Assembly (NCBI RefSeq): GCF_018350175.1
Contig: NC_058370.1
Coordinates: 100,068,001 to 100,132,000 of the forward strand
Length of the DNA: 64,000 bases
Direction: 5' to 3'
Source of the DNA: Felis catus
Taxonomy: Eukaryota
In this document: positions 52,201-64,000 of the stretch, in pieces
How the letters are laid out: each line of letters starts with the position of its first letter
Position numbering within the stretch: position 1 is the stretch's first letter
The notes under the pieces: model-generated
What the model saw: only the letters and a program-made list of their open reading frames with translations
Told to the model about the DNA's origin: nothing
The model's database searches: none
Position numbers and translations under genes: made by a program

Positions 52201-55200
52201 CATTACTTTGCCATTGAATAAGTAGATCGATTTGTAGGTATTCTCCTAATATTCAGGTTTCCCATTTACTTTTATGGACAAAAATAGGTTTTTCTTCTAT
52301 AAAAGGATTTGTTCACTCTTGATATCCTTCCACCCCCAGCCTTTTAATTTGGAATGCTGTTGAGGTCCTGTCACTTTGGTCCTACTTGTAGCTTTTCCTC
52401 CAGAGAAAGCGACTGCAATGGAAGGTTCTCTACTGGTTGTAAATTTAAAAAAAAGAAAAAAGATGGTCGCTGGCATTGTGTGTCTAGTACAGATACTTTG
52501 ACACTGCTTTGGGACTTGGTGGGTGAGGTTGCTATAGTAAATGTTGAGAGGAATAGTTAATGTTTCTCACAGCTTATAGAAGGTTGTTGAACTATCTCTG
52601 AAGGATGCTATGTGACATTGTGCAGTGTGGAGCCAATGCTGCTTCTCTTGAGTGCTTTCCTAGACCTCTGTCCCTATTAATTGTTTTTTTTTCTTTGGTT
52701 TGGTTATTTTAGGAGCGTGCTGGACTTTGACTTTGAGAAACTGTGTTCCATCTCCCTTTCACATATCAATGCATATGCCTGTCTGGTGTGTGGCAAGTAC
52801 TTTCAGGGTAAATAAGCATTGTGCATTTTATTTTATTTGTTTTAAATGTTTAAACAATGTTTATTTGTTTTTGAGAGAGAGAGAGAGGGATCGTGAGCTG
52901 GGGAGAAGCAGAGAGAGAGGGAGAAAGAGAATCCTAAGCAGGCTCCATGTTGTCAGTGTTGAGCCCTATGTCGGGGCTCGATTTCATGAACCGTGAGATC
53001 ATGAGCTGACCTGAGACCAAGAGTCAGATGCTTAACTGACTGAGCCACCCAGGCTCCCCAGTGTTGTGCATTTTTTTTTTTTTTTAATTTTTTTTTTCAA
53101 CGTTTATTTATTTTTTTTGGGACAGAGAGAGACAGAGCATGAACGGGGGAGGGGCAGAGAGAGAGGGAGACACAGAATCGGAAACAGGCTCCAGGCTCTG
53201 AGCCATCAGCCCAGAGCCTGACGCGGGGCTCAAACTCGCGGACCGCGAGATCGTGACCTGGCTGAAGTCGGACGCTTAACCGACTGTGCCACCCAGGGCC
53301 CCCCCAGTGTTGTGCATTTTAAACTTGTGAAATTTTCAGCGCCAGCTACAGGTCTCCTCTAGAGAGATTTTTTTTTTCTTCAGTTTTTAATGTTTATTTT
53401 TGAGAGAGAGAGACAGAGCTCAAGCGGGTGAGGGGCAGAGAGGGAGGGAGACACAGAATCTGAAGCAGGCTCCAAACTCTGAGTTGTCAGCACAGAGCCT
53501 GATGTAGGGCTTGAATCCATGAACCGTGAGATCGTGACCTGAGCTGCGGTCGGACGCTTAACCAACTAAGCCACCCACCCGGCCCTCTCTAACCAGTGTC
53601 TTAATGCCATCCAAGGAATAAAGTACTAATGTGCTATTCTTTCTTGCTAACTTTTGTGGTGAGAAAAGTTCATGTAGGAGATTCATTGCACAGATGGTGT
53701 AGTACTTTGTTTTTGCCAATATTAATACATTCCAGTACAAAATACTGAAGGAAAATCAAATCTGATTTGTCTCTCTCTGGCATCTGCCCTACNNNNNNNN
53801 NNNNNNNNNNNNNNNNNNNNNNNNNNNNNNNNNNNNNNNNNNNNNNNNNNNNNNNNNNNNNNNNNNNNNNNNNNNNNNNNNNNNNNNNNNNNNNNNNNNN
53901 NNNNNNNNNNNNNNNNNNNNNNNNTCATCGATTCCTCGCTGGAGGATATCACAGTATGTATCCAAGAGGCTGGTTTGGAACTAGTTCTCTTGGGGACCAG
54001 CCTAGGGCTCCTGGGGATTTGCCTGCCCCGAGGTTAGGGAAGAATCTCCATTTCTCGGGCTTGGAGAGGCTTCTTTCCCTTTGGGAGCAACAAGAGAGAC
54101 CTTAGTAAGAAGGTCTGGATTCATAATTGTGGCCTATGGTCTGCAATCTAGTGGCTGTTTCTGCTTCTAACATTGTGGGTTAGGACTAAAGAAATGCAGC
54201 TACTTTCTAATTGGGGTGAAAGCATTTTTGTGAAGTATATTACCTTCCACACTTTGGAGGAAGGATATGAATTAGGCCTGGTGTAGGATAGTGGATACCA
54301 AGCTGCATACCAGCTCATGACTGCTTTTGATATGATGCAGCCCAAATGGCCAGTGCCTCCCATCTGTGGGCTCTGGTGTGTGATCTGTGCCAAGAGTCAT
54401 TGTACTTAAGAGATCATAGAAAGTCTTCTTGGGTTTGATTAATGTTGGAACTATTGATTATTGTTTATTTTTTAGCAAGTGTCTGTGTATTCATGCTGAA
54501 TGCTTTGTTCATTTTTAAGGAGAGCTTAGTGTCGAGTGTTTGAAACACTATGCTACTTTTATAAATTTTATATGCCTGTTAATAGTTGAGGTTAAAGTAG
54601 TTATGGATGGTAATTATAGAGAGGAACTGAAGTAAGTACAAGGTCCCCAAGAGACTTAGTAGAGACCTCTCTGCTGCCCTTTATGTGATGACCCTTATAG
54701 GTTTAGGACCGGGGAAGGTTCTGCTCCTGCCCCTCCAGCCATAGGGAGTATCAGATCTCAGATTTGCACAGAGGTGGGGAGGCATTCCTGCTTCTGCACT
54801 GGGTCCGTACCAGTCCTGTGTGAGGTTTCACCCGACACTCAGACTCCTGCTGCCTGCAGAGACGTGTGTGTCCTCCGGTTTTGGACCGTTGTTTATCATG
54901 GAGTTGGCCAGATGTGAGGTCTGAAGAAAGACCTGGGGATTCAGTGATTTTGGGTTAAACACAGAGATCCCCTTCTAGATTAGTAAGGAGAGGGCCTGTT
55001 CAATGTTACCTCAGCTTTTATGCCTATTGTTGGGAGCTCTTTGGTTGGGAGCCCTTTGGTTGTGTGATGAGACATTCATGACCAAAGTATTTTTTGTTTT
55101 TGACAAAAATTGCTATTTCACATAGCTCTTGTGAACTCCGTAGACAGTCCTGAAACATCTTGGAATTTTCTTTTGCTTTGCAGTATGTGTTGAAGCCCAC

Positions 55201-58200
55201 TTTCACAAAGCAGCAGATTGCAAACTTGGACAAGCAAGCCAAATTGTCCCGGGCATATGATGGGACCACTTATCTGCCGGGTATCGTGGGCTTGAATAAC
55301 ATAAAGGCCAATGACTATGCCAACGCTGTCCTTCAGGTAGGATCAAGATGGGAACAGTGATGGGGAGAGGAGGTAACCTGAGAACACTGTGAAGGTCAGC
55401 CAAGAAGTGACTGCCTTCTGGTAGAGTCAAATGGTACCTGGAGACACCAAGTCTTGCTGAGGATTCTACTTAACTATTTGCACCAAACATAACATTCCTA
55501 TGTCTGCTCAAAGGGCTGTTGCCCGATGGTGAGGCTTTTTCTAGCCTCTGGGCTCATGGCCTCTGTAGTTTTCAGGGAATGAAGGATAGAATGAGTGTGT
55601 GGCCTGGCAGTACCGAATAAGAAACACATGTGTTAGATGATGCATCTTTTCTTTTTTTAATAGCGCAGATGTTCCTTGTGCTGGCTATCTGAGGTCTTGA
55701 TCCTGCTCCTGTGCTTAAGCTCCAAAGTGGGGCATACAGAAAGCCAAAGTTCTCCTGTTTGCAATTAAGTTTTGTTTTCTAAAAAATTAACGAGTTGGGG
55801 TGCTTGGGTGGCTCAGTTGGTTAAGGGTCCGACTCTTGATTTCGGCTCAGGTCATAATCTCACAGTTCGTGGGTTTGAGCCTTGCATTGAGCTCTGTGCT
55901 GGCAGTATGGAGCCTGCTTGGGATTCTTTCTCTCTCTGTCCCTCCCCCTCTCTCTCAAAAATAAATAAACATTAAAAAATTATATGAATATTACGTATAC
56001 ATTGTAGAAAAATTAGAACATGTTAGTAAGCACAATTAAGAACATTAACAATAATCTTGCTTCGTTGACCACAAAAATTAATTAAAATTTATAAACATAA
56101 ACACTTAAGGGATGGGTGGAAGATGTAGAAAGTATAAAGAATGAAGGCTTCATTCTTTCCTTTCTCTAGTACTCTGTCCTGCTTAAAATGTATGAAATCA
56201 ATACAGGCACACTTTATTTTATTGTGCTTCACTTTATTGTGCCTCACAGACATTGTGCTTTTTACACATTGAAGGTTTGTGGCAACCCTGTGTCAAGGAA
56301 CTCCTTCAGCACCATTTTCCTGGCAACATTTGCTCACTTCGTGACTATGTCACATTTTGGTAATCCTTGCAATGTTTTAGGCTTGTTACTATACATATAA
56401 AATATACGTATATATGTCTATGTACTGTGTGTATGTATGTGGTCATATGCATATACTATATATGTATATTTTGTAGCTTATTTATTGGGGGGGCAGGGCA
56501 GAGAGAAGAGAGAGAATTCCAAGCAGGCTTTGCAGTGTTAACACAGAGCCTGATGTGGGACTCATACCCACAAACTCATGAGGCCATTACCCGAGCCAAA
56601 GTCAAGAGTCGGATGTTTAACCAACTGAGCCACCCAGGCACCCCTGTTAATTATATTTGAATTCCTGCAATTTCATGGTAAAACTTTAGTGGATGAGGAG
56701 TTGCTTCTTATGTCTGAGCAAAGAATGGGGTTTCTTGAGATGGAATCTACTGGTGAAGACGCTGTGAGGATTGTTGAAATGACAAAGGATTTGGAATGTT
56801 ACATAAACTTGGATGACAAAGCAATAACAAAATTGACAAAATTTTGTCAAAATTGACAAAATAACAAAATTGACTCCAATTTTGAAAGTTCTGCTGTGGG
56901 TAAAATACTAACAAACAGCATCACATGCCAGGGAGAAATTGTTCATGCAAGGAAGAGTCTGTTGATGCGGCAAACTTCATTGTCGTCTTGTTTTAATAAA
57001 CTGCTGGAGTCACCCCGGCTTCAGCAACATGATCAGTCAGTAGCTATCAGCATGGAGGCAAGACCCTCCACCAGTATAAAGATGACTCACTGAAAGCTCA
57101 GATGTTGGAGGGCATTTGGGCTGCTCAGTCAGTCCAGCATCTGACTCTTGATTTCAGCTCAGATCATGATCTCACAGTTGCTAAGATCAGGCCCTGCATT
57201 AGGCCCTGCATCAGACTCTGCACTGACAGTACAGAGCCTTCTGGGGATTCTCTCTCTCTCCCTTTCTCTTTCTGCCCCTCCCCCTTGTGGGTGCACATTT
57301 GCTCGCTCTCTTAAAAAAATAAATTTAAAAAAAACTCAGATGATAGCATTTTTTTAGCAATAAAGTAATTTTTTTTAACGTTTATAGATTTTGGAGAGTG
57401 GGGGAAGGGCAGAGTGAGAGAGAGAGAATCCCGAGAAGACTTCACACTGTCAGCGCAGAGTCCTACTCGGGGTTTGATCCCATGAACCATGAGATCATGA
57501 CCTGAGCCGAAATCAAGAGTTGGGCACTTAACCGACTGAGCCACCCAGGTGCCCCTAAATTACTTAACTTAAAAAGTATTTTTAAATTAAGGTATGCACG
57601 TTGTTTTTTTAGACATAGGCTATTGCACACTTAATAGACTATAGTATAGTAGAAACATAACCTTATGATGGACTGGGAAACCAAAAAATCCCTTTGACTC
57701 TCTTTATCGTATTATTAGCTTTATTGTAGTGGTCTGAAACCGAACCTGTAATATGCCTGTACATATTCTTGTTCAGCATCTTTAATGATTACATGTTAAT
57801 TCAGTTCGTGAATGAATTATAGTTTATTTAACCATCATATCTTGTATTAATGCATTTAGGGCCTAGATTCTAGGCTGTAGGCTATTCGTAGCAATTTACA
57901 AACCCATCAGCAACACAAAAGAGAGTTCTTCATCTTGCATTGTGTCTGTTACACTTATTTTTTTCCCATTTTGATACATTTAACCTACCTTTTGTTTATT
58001 CACTTCTAAAGTTGATTACTTGTATTTTTTCAAGTGTTGATGGGCCATGTGCTCGTTTTTCTGTTGGGAGTTTATTTTGCTGAACTCTGAAAAATATGTA
58101 TTAGCGTTTTTCTGTTATATATGTTGCAAAGATTTCCTTCTAGTTCTTATTTGGCCTTTAAACTTTGATTATGGTATTTTTGCATAAAGAATTTGGATAA

Positions 58201-61200
58201 AAAATTATGAAAGTGTATCTGTCAGTTTTGACATCTGCCACTGATGTCATACCTAGACCCTGGAAAGGTTAAATGCTTCAGTAGAGAGAAAAAGACTTAC
58301 AGGTTGAACAGATAGGATTTGAACATGGTCAGTACAGTTAGCCTTGGCTTTGTGAGGGGTTTTAGTTCCCATAGGAAGTTTTTATTTTTAAAATAAGTAG
58401 ACGAACAAATCCTCTGTGATATAATTGCCACTACAATGGGATTGAATGGACGAAGTATTCCATCTGGAGGCTGAATGATTTCCGTCTGACACATACTTTT
58501 TTGTATTGTTGCTGAAAGCAGAGAGCAACCTCTCTCCACAGCTTGGATAAGTGAGAGCTAGGATGAACTTTGTCCATACTTCTTTCTTCCTTTATTAATT
58601 TATTTTTGTAAAGTTTATTTATTTATTTTGAGAGAGACAGAGAGTGCATGTGTGCACACACGTGCAGGGGAGGGCGAGAGAGGGGAAAGGAGAGAGAAAA
58701 TCCCAAGCAGGCTTCACCCTGTCAGTGCGGAGCCCAACATGGGGCTCGAATTCACAAACTGAGATCATGACCTGAGCCGAAATCAAGAGTTCAATGCTCT
58801 TGAGCCACTCAGCCCCCATACTTCTTTCCTTTAGATAATAACCCTTTTTTTTAGTAATTATTCTCTAGGCATGAAGTCCTTGTTTATTTAGGTGAGCTAA
58901 GCTTGTAGGGGCTTTCCCAATCACCTCTGTTGCAGTATTCCCTGTGTCCTGAGTTGTCTTCCTCTAAGATGCCTAGGTTTATTGTATTTAGCAGAAACCT
59001 CTATCCTCCTTTCTAAACGGATTACCTTGCCAAAGAAAGTTATGCTCATAGTAAGCACAGTGCTGTTAAGGATTCACAAACCCATCAGGAGGGACCTGTA
59101 GGGAGATGGCATTTATTTAGGGTCTGTTCTGTGGTTTCCCTCCCAGTTTTGTAGCTCATACTAATGAGCTTTATTTCTTCCTGAACCAACATGGCTAGTC
59201 TTTATCTTTCTTTAATGAGGTAAAATTTATTATTATTATTAATTATTATTATTATTACTATTTTAATTTAAATTTTAGTTAACATACAGTGCAGTATTGG
59301 TTTCAGGAGCAGAATTCAGTGATTCATCAGTTACATACAACACTCAGTGCTCATCATAGCGTGTGCCCTCCTTAGTACCCATCTCCCACCCACCTCCCTC
59401 CATTACCCATAGCTTGTTCTGTATCATTAAGAGTCTCTTGTGGTTTGTTTCCCTCTCTTCACCCCCCTGCCCTGCCCATTCCCATATGTTCATCTGTGTT
59501 GTTTCTTAAGTTCCACTTATGAGTGAAATCATACGGTATTTGTCTTTCTCTGATTGACTTATTTTGCTTTTCATAATACATTCCAGCTTCATCCATGTCA
59601 TTGCAGATGGCAAGATTTCATTCTTTTTGATGGCCAACAAATACTTCATTGTGTTTATATACACCACATCTTCTTTATTCATTCATCAATCGATGGACAT
59701 TTGGGCTCTCTCCATAGTTTGGCTATTGTTGATAATGCTGCTGCTGTATACATTGGTGTGCGTGTACCCTTTTGCATCTGTATTTTTGTATCCTTTGGGT
59801 AAATAAATACCTAATGGTGCAATTGCTGGATTGCAGAGTAGTTCTGTTTGGTAAAATTTATTTTCTCCTAAACCTTTTGGCCATTTTTGATCATAACAGA
59901 ATTAATCACTTTTATATATATGTTCATTTTGTATCATTTTTATATATAATTATATTAATTTTTGTTATTTTATTTTATATTTATGTATTATCACTCTTTC
60001 AATAAATACCACACTTGGGAAAAACACCAAACTTTATTAAGATGACTTTCATGTTATTTAAAAAAATTTTTTTTAATGGTTTTATTTATTTTTGAGAGAG
60101 AGAGAGAGACAGTACTAGTAAGGGAGGGACAGAGAAAGAGAGAGACACAGAATCCAAAGCAGACTCCAGCGTCTGAGCTGTCAGCACAAGAGCCCAACAC
60201 AGGGCCTAAACTCGTGCATGGCGAGATCATGACCTGAGTCTAACTGAAGTTAGATGTTTAACCGACTAAGCCACCCAGGCACCCCATTTTTTTAAAGTTT
60301 TTTTTTAATGTTTTTATTTGCTTTTTAGAGAGAGAGACAGAGTACTAATGAGGGAGGGACAGAGAGAGAGGGAGACACAGAATCTGAAGCAGACTCCATG
60401 CTCTGAGCTGTCGACACAGAGCCCAGATTTTAATGTGCATTTGAGAGATGGGAGAATTTTGGCCTCCAGATAGTTATCTCTGCCCTAGCCAAATGGAATG
60501 TTTGGATTTCTAGCTTTTAATTCCTATGAATGCAAATATAGTCACAAACCTAATTAGAATAAATGAAGGAAATTATTAAATAAGTTGGTCAGTGAATAGG
60601 GACTTGAATTCTTTTTTATTTAAAAAAAATTTTTTTTTTCAACGTTTATTTATTTTTTTGGGGACAGAGAGAGACAGAGCATGAACGGGGAAGGGGCAGA
60701 GAGAGGGAGACACAGAATCGGAAACAGGCTCCAGGCTCTGAGCCATCAGCCCAGAGCCTGACGCGGGGCTCGAACTCATGGACCGCGAGATCGTGACCTG
60801 GCTGAAGTTGGACGCTTAACCGACTGCGCCACCCAGGCGCCCCTTGAATTCTTTTTTATAAAAAATTATTTATTTTTAGAGCGAGAGAGTGCACAAGAGA
60901 GGGAGGCAGAAGGGGAGAGAATCTTAAGCAGGCTCCATGCTTAGTGCAGAGGCTGATGCGGGGCTCAATCCCATTACCCTGGGATTATGATCTAAGTTGA
61001 AATCAGGAGTTGGATGCTCATCCAACTGAGCCACCTAGGCGTCTGAATACTTTTTTTCTTTTTTTTTTTTAAACTTCTTGGTTGGGTTGCCTGGCTGGCT
61101 CATTTGGTGGAACGGGTGCCTCTTGATCTCAGGGTTTTAAGTTTGAGCCCCATGTTGGATATACAGATTGCTTAAAAAAATTCTCTAAAATAAAAAAAAA

Positions 61201-62865
61201 TAATAAAAAACTTCATGTCCAAAACAAAATATCTGCACAACTGGACTTTATGTGAAACTTAGTACAGAGGATGTTTCTATAATAATGTGAACTTTAAACC
61301 TCAGCATTTCCTTTTGACTCTTTGAGGCCATCACAGGCCTGGTTCTATAAGTGCTTGGCTCCCAGGGTTGTGCGTGGGGGCCCTTCGCAGGGCCTCTGGA
61401 TTAATTGGCTGAAGTATTTGACTTCCAGGCTTTGTCTAATGTTCCTCCTCTTCGGAACTACTTCCTGGAAGAAGACAATTATAAGAACATCAAGCGTCCT
61501 CCAGGGGATATCATGTTCTTGTTGGTCCAGCGTTTTGGAGAGCTGATGAGAAAGCTCTGGAACCCCCGAAATTTTAAGGCACACGTGTCTCCCCATGAGA
61601 TGCTTCAGGCTGTTGTCCTTTGCAGCAAGAAGACCTTTCAGATCACCAAGCAAGGTAAGGAACAAGTCATTCATATTTTGTCTTTTTTTTTAAACCTTTT
61701 TTTTTTTTTTAAATGTTTATTTTGAAGGAGAGAGAGAGCGCAAGCGTACGAGCATGAGTGGGAGGAGGGGCAGACAGAGGAGGAGACACAGATCCGAAGC
61801 AGGCTCTGGGCTCTGAGCTGTTAGCACAGAGCCCAACGCGGGGCTGGAACTCATGAGCCGTGAGACCGTGACCTGAATTGAAGTTGGATGCTTAACCGAC
61901 TGAGCCACCCAGGCACCCCAGTCATTCATATTTTCTGATGTTAGGGCAACAAAATTAGTTTGATGAGCAAATTTACTTGTACTTGCTGTAAACCTTGTAG
62001 TAACCAGGTGAGTATCCAGTTCATCATATGATTATGTTCCTGATTCTTCTTTCATCAGCCTGCCCTGTTCAGAGTCCTGAGATTTCAGCTGGATAGAAAG
62101 TCTGTCATATGTAGTAAACTAAACTGTACGGTTTTGGGGGAAAACCAGGAGGCTGGGAAAGGTGCCAACCCTTAAGCACTTGCCACATTTGTTTCTCATT
62201 TTGTCATGTTGCAGGCTAGATATTCCAATGACCTGTTTTGACTGTTTTCATCCCTCCAAGTCCAAATAGTTATTGCTGTGTGAGTAATGTGGACACTGTA
62301 GCTCTTACTACCTGGATCTCATACAGTGTCCTCTGGCCTCATGTCAGTTTGTTCATCATCCATTCCTGTTGCTAGTAGGTTTTAAGGCTGCAGGGATAAG
62401 CAACAGTTTTTTTCTTCCAGGAGCTCCCATTCTAGTGGGGAAGATAGTTGTGTAAAAAGGTGAGCACAGGGTGGTAAGCGCTGTGATTGAGGAAGGGAAG
62501 TATGCTCTGGGAGGGAGCGTGGAGCAGGGAACCCTGGCTGAGCACATGGGAGGTCATATGGAGTCAGAGTGGAGGAAGAGCTAGCTGAGTTCCAGGCACA
62601 GAGGAGATAGGTTGGGGCTGGGCATTCCAGGTTAAAGAGGACACTGCCAACAGGAGCGTGGATATGCCAGGAACAGACACAAGGCTGCCAGTAGCCAGGT
62701 GCTTAGATTCCGGGGGACAGTGTGAGAGCTGAAGTGGAGGTGCGAGAGAGGGACTGGATTGTCGGGTTTATGTGCCACTAGAAGGAGATGGGTTATATCC
62801 TGACAACAGTGGGGAGTCAATGAAGGCTTTTAAGCCAAGATGTAATGTCAGATTTAGGTTTTATT

Positions 62866-62907
<42 letters not shown>

Positions 62908-63534
62908 TTTTATGTTTATTTTTGAGAGAGACAGAGACAGAGTGTGAGCAGGGTAGGAGCAGAGAGAGGGAGACACAGAATCCGAAGCAGGCTTCAGGCT
63001 CCGAGGTGTCAGCACAGACCCCGATATGGGGCTGGAACTCACGAGCCATGAGATCATGACCTGAGCTGAAGTCGGACACTTAACCGACCCAGCCACCCAG
63101 GTGCCCCACAGACTTAGGTTTTATAAACAAGATTCTGGCCAATGAGTGATTTAGAGGGGAAATTCAATACTGGCTTTTGATGGGTGGTGAGATACACATT
63201 TGAAGTAGAGATGATAATGGAAGGTCCTGGTTGGGTCAGAGATCCCAGGGAGAGAGCAAAGATCAGAAGACTAAGAGCTTGACCTTGAGGAGTGCCAGCA
63301 TTTAATGTCCAAATAGAGGAGGACGCCCAGAGGACAGGATGGTGTTGCCTGAAAGGAAGAAGGAAAACCAGGAATGTGGCCTCATGCCAGCCAGCGCATG
63401 GTTTGGACTATACTAATTTGCAGCTTCAAAATGCCTCACCCTTCCTTCTTTTCCAGGGGATGGAGTTGACTTTCTGTCCTGGTTTCTGAATGCTCTACAC
63501 TCAGCTCTGGGGGGCACAAAGAAGAAAAAGAAGA
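45997..63534 (+). CDS. USP39: Ubiquitin-specific peptidase 39 (U4/U6.U5 tri-snRNP 65K / Sad1), exons 1-7; gene continues right of the window
   Basis: join(45997-46264, 50881-50950, 52713-52807, ~53817-53953, 55184-55336, 61429-61654, 63457-63534): RS/RE-rich N-terminus, ZnF-UBP ([41 protein letters not shown]), USP box [16 protein letters not shown]. Confidence 0.97.
47597..49287 (+). mobile_element. 5'-truncated carnivore LINE-1 (ORF2 3' part + 3' UTR + A tail)
   Basis: ORF2 peptide [20 protein letters not shown]...WEKIFAN and [10 protein letters not shown]; A-rich tail; TSD AAAGAAGAA at 47588-47596 and 49288-49296 after a TT|AAAG endonuclease site. Confidence 0.95.
49336..49686 (-). mobile_element. 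Old ERV solo-LTR remnant (family not assigned)
   Basis: Resembles a recalled LTR consensus (reverse strand ...GGAGACAATTCTCCATAGGTCTCTC...); ~350 bp. Confidence 0.5.
49810..50049 (-). mobile_element. Can-SINE followed by an old antisense L1 fragment (~50050-50740)
   Basis: SINE core; TTTACATTCCCACCAGCAG L1 motif downstream. Confidence 0.82.
50881..50950 (+). CDS. USP39: USP39 exon 2 (70 nt)
   Basis: tttcag| acceptor and CAG|gttagt donor; [23 protein letters not shown]. Confidence 0.96.
51452..52013 (-). mobile_element. Two Can-SINEs (~51452-51690, ~51790-52013)
   Basis: The first has a perfect 17-bp TSD GTGGAGTTACTCTTTAT. Confidence 0.9.
52713..52807 (+). CDS. USP39: USP39 exon 3 (95 nt)
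   Basis: ttttag| acceptor and |gtaaat donor. Confidence 0.96.
52830..53586 (-). mobile_element. Three tandem Can-SINEs in USP39 intron 3
   Basis: ~52830-53059, ~53071-53303 (young type), ~53370-53586. Confidence 0.9.
53817..53953 (+). CDS. USP39: USP39 exon 4 (mostly under N-run 53793-53924; start inferred)
   Basis: Visible end IDSSLEDIT|gtatgt. Start placed by assuming the human 137-nt length. Confidence 0.8.
55184..55336 (+). CDS. USP39: USP39 exon 5 (153 nt)
   Basis: ttgcag| acceptor and CAG|gtagga donor; [10 protein letters not shown]...ANAVLQ. Confidence 0.96.
55797..55980 (+). mobile_element. Can-SINE
   Basis: Typical head and tail. Confidence 0.88.
56204..57759 (+). mobile_element. 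Internally deleted Tigger1 (Tc1/mariner-pogo) DNA transposon containing three SINEs
   Basis: TA|CAGGCA...TGCCTG|TA termini; TTGAAGGTTTGTGGCAACCCTG 5' arm; transposase 3' remnant (GTGGATGAGGAGTTGCTTCTTATG...). Confidence 0.88.
58595..58817 (-). mobile_element. Can-SINE
   Basis: Typical body; CCATACTTCTTTC TSD. Confidence 0.88.
59260..59845 (-). mobile_element. Carnivore L1 3' fragment, antisense
   Basis: Reverse-complement L1 3' end (TATGAGTGAAATCATACGGTATTTGTCTTTCTCTG, TGATCATCAATCGATGGACAT-like) with a (TTA)n tail remnant. Confidence 0.85.
60060..61210. mobile_element. Cluster of five Can-SINEs (four minus, including a young copy at ~60620-60843; one plus at ~61084-61210)
   Basis: Repeated SINE cores; TTGAATTCTTTTTT TSD around the young copy. 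Confidence 0.87.
61429..61654 (+). CDS. USP39: USP39 exon 6 (226 nt)
   Basis: ttccag| acceptor and AAG|gtaagg donor; [13 protein letters not shown]...FQITKQ. Confidence 0.96.
61690..61919 (-). mobile_element. Can-SINE
   Basis: TSD AGTCATTCATATTTT on both sides. Confidence 0.9.
62860..63108 (-). mobile_element. Can-SINE with (TTA)n tail inside an L2-like remnant
   Basis: (TTA)n ~62870-62906; TSD CAGA(T/C)TTAGGTTTTAT. Confidence 0.88.
63457..63534 (+). CDS. USP39: USP39 exon 7 (78 nt)
   Basis: ttccag| acceptor and |gtaagt donor; [25 protein letters not shown]. Confidence 0.96.
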
Positions 63535-64000
63535 GTAAGTCATGTTATTTTGTAAAAGGGAGCTCTTTTTTTGTTTGCTTCCTTTTATAGGCACTTTGCA
63601 ACTTCCCATCCTTTTCTTAACTTTTTATTTTTTTGTGTTAGGGTAGTGTCTGTGTATACATGGACTAAATTTTATTCCTGAATAGGTTCCTCTCCATTTT
63701 TAAAAATTAGGATATGGTTATATCCAATGGCATGTTTAATACATGGAAATAGATATAATAATGCTCTAAAATCCTGACCTAGTTCCAAACTGAGGGGCTG
63801 GGCAGCATGTTGTCGACTGCTAGTCTCCTGGCAGTGCACGAGTTAATGTGAAGAGGACTCACTGCATGGTTTGCCTGGCTTCTAAGTTGACTGGTAAAGC
63901 AGAGTAAAAGCTAGTTCCTTCCCCTGGGCCTGTACTTGGGAGAAATGAGGCTTGCTTCCGTATTGATTCTCAGACTTTAAGTCCGATGGTCTCTTAACAT

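Overview
Mammalian genomic DNA, almost certainly a felid/feliform carnivore given the dense tRNA-derived Can-SINE/SINEC_Fc-type elements. The window is the conserved gene-dense block syntenic to human 2p11.2: GGCX (-, exons 1-7, running off the left edge), VAMP8 (+, complete, 101 aa), VAMP5 (+, complete, 116 aa), RNF181 (+, 153 aa predicted, exon 3 hidden in an N-run), TMEM150A (-, complete, 271 aa), C2orf68 orthologue (-, complete, 166 aa) and USP39 (+, exons 1-7, running off the right edge). I read exon boundaries by hand from GT/AG sites and frame continuity; gene names come from my recall of the human proteins, not from a database search. Most ORFs in the supplied track are spurious (SINEs, CpG islands, N-runs). 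I found no new multi-gene system. The best second-look items are: a U12-type (minor spliceosome) intron in TMEM150A; an 80-codon spliced upstream ORF overlapping the TMEM150A start; a duplicated frameshifting splice donor in TMEM150A; a candidate far-upstream USP39 first exon that would nest C2orf68 antisense in a USP39 intron; eight ~150-nt N-runs that sit only on conserved exons and L1 sequence (probably masking, not real gaps); a sense L1 with poly(A) signals in USP39 intron 1; and nested transposon stacks. Repeat boundaries are approximate.
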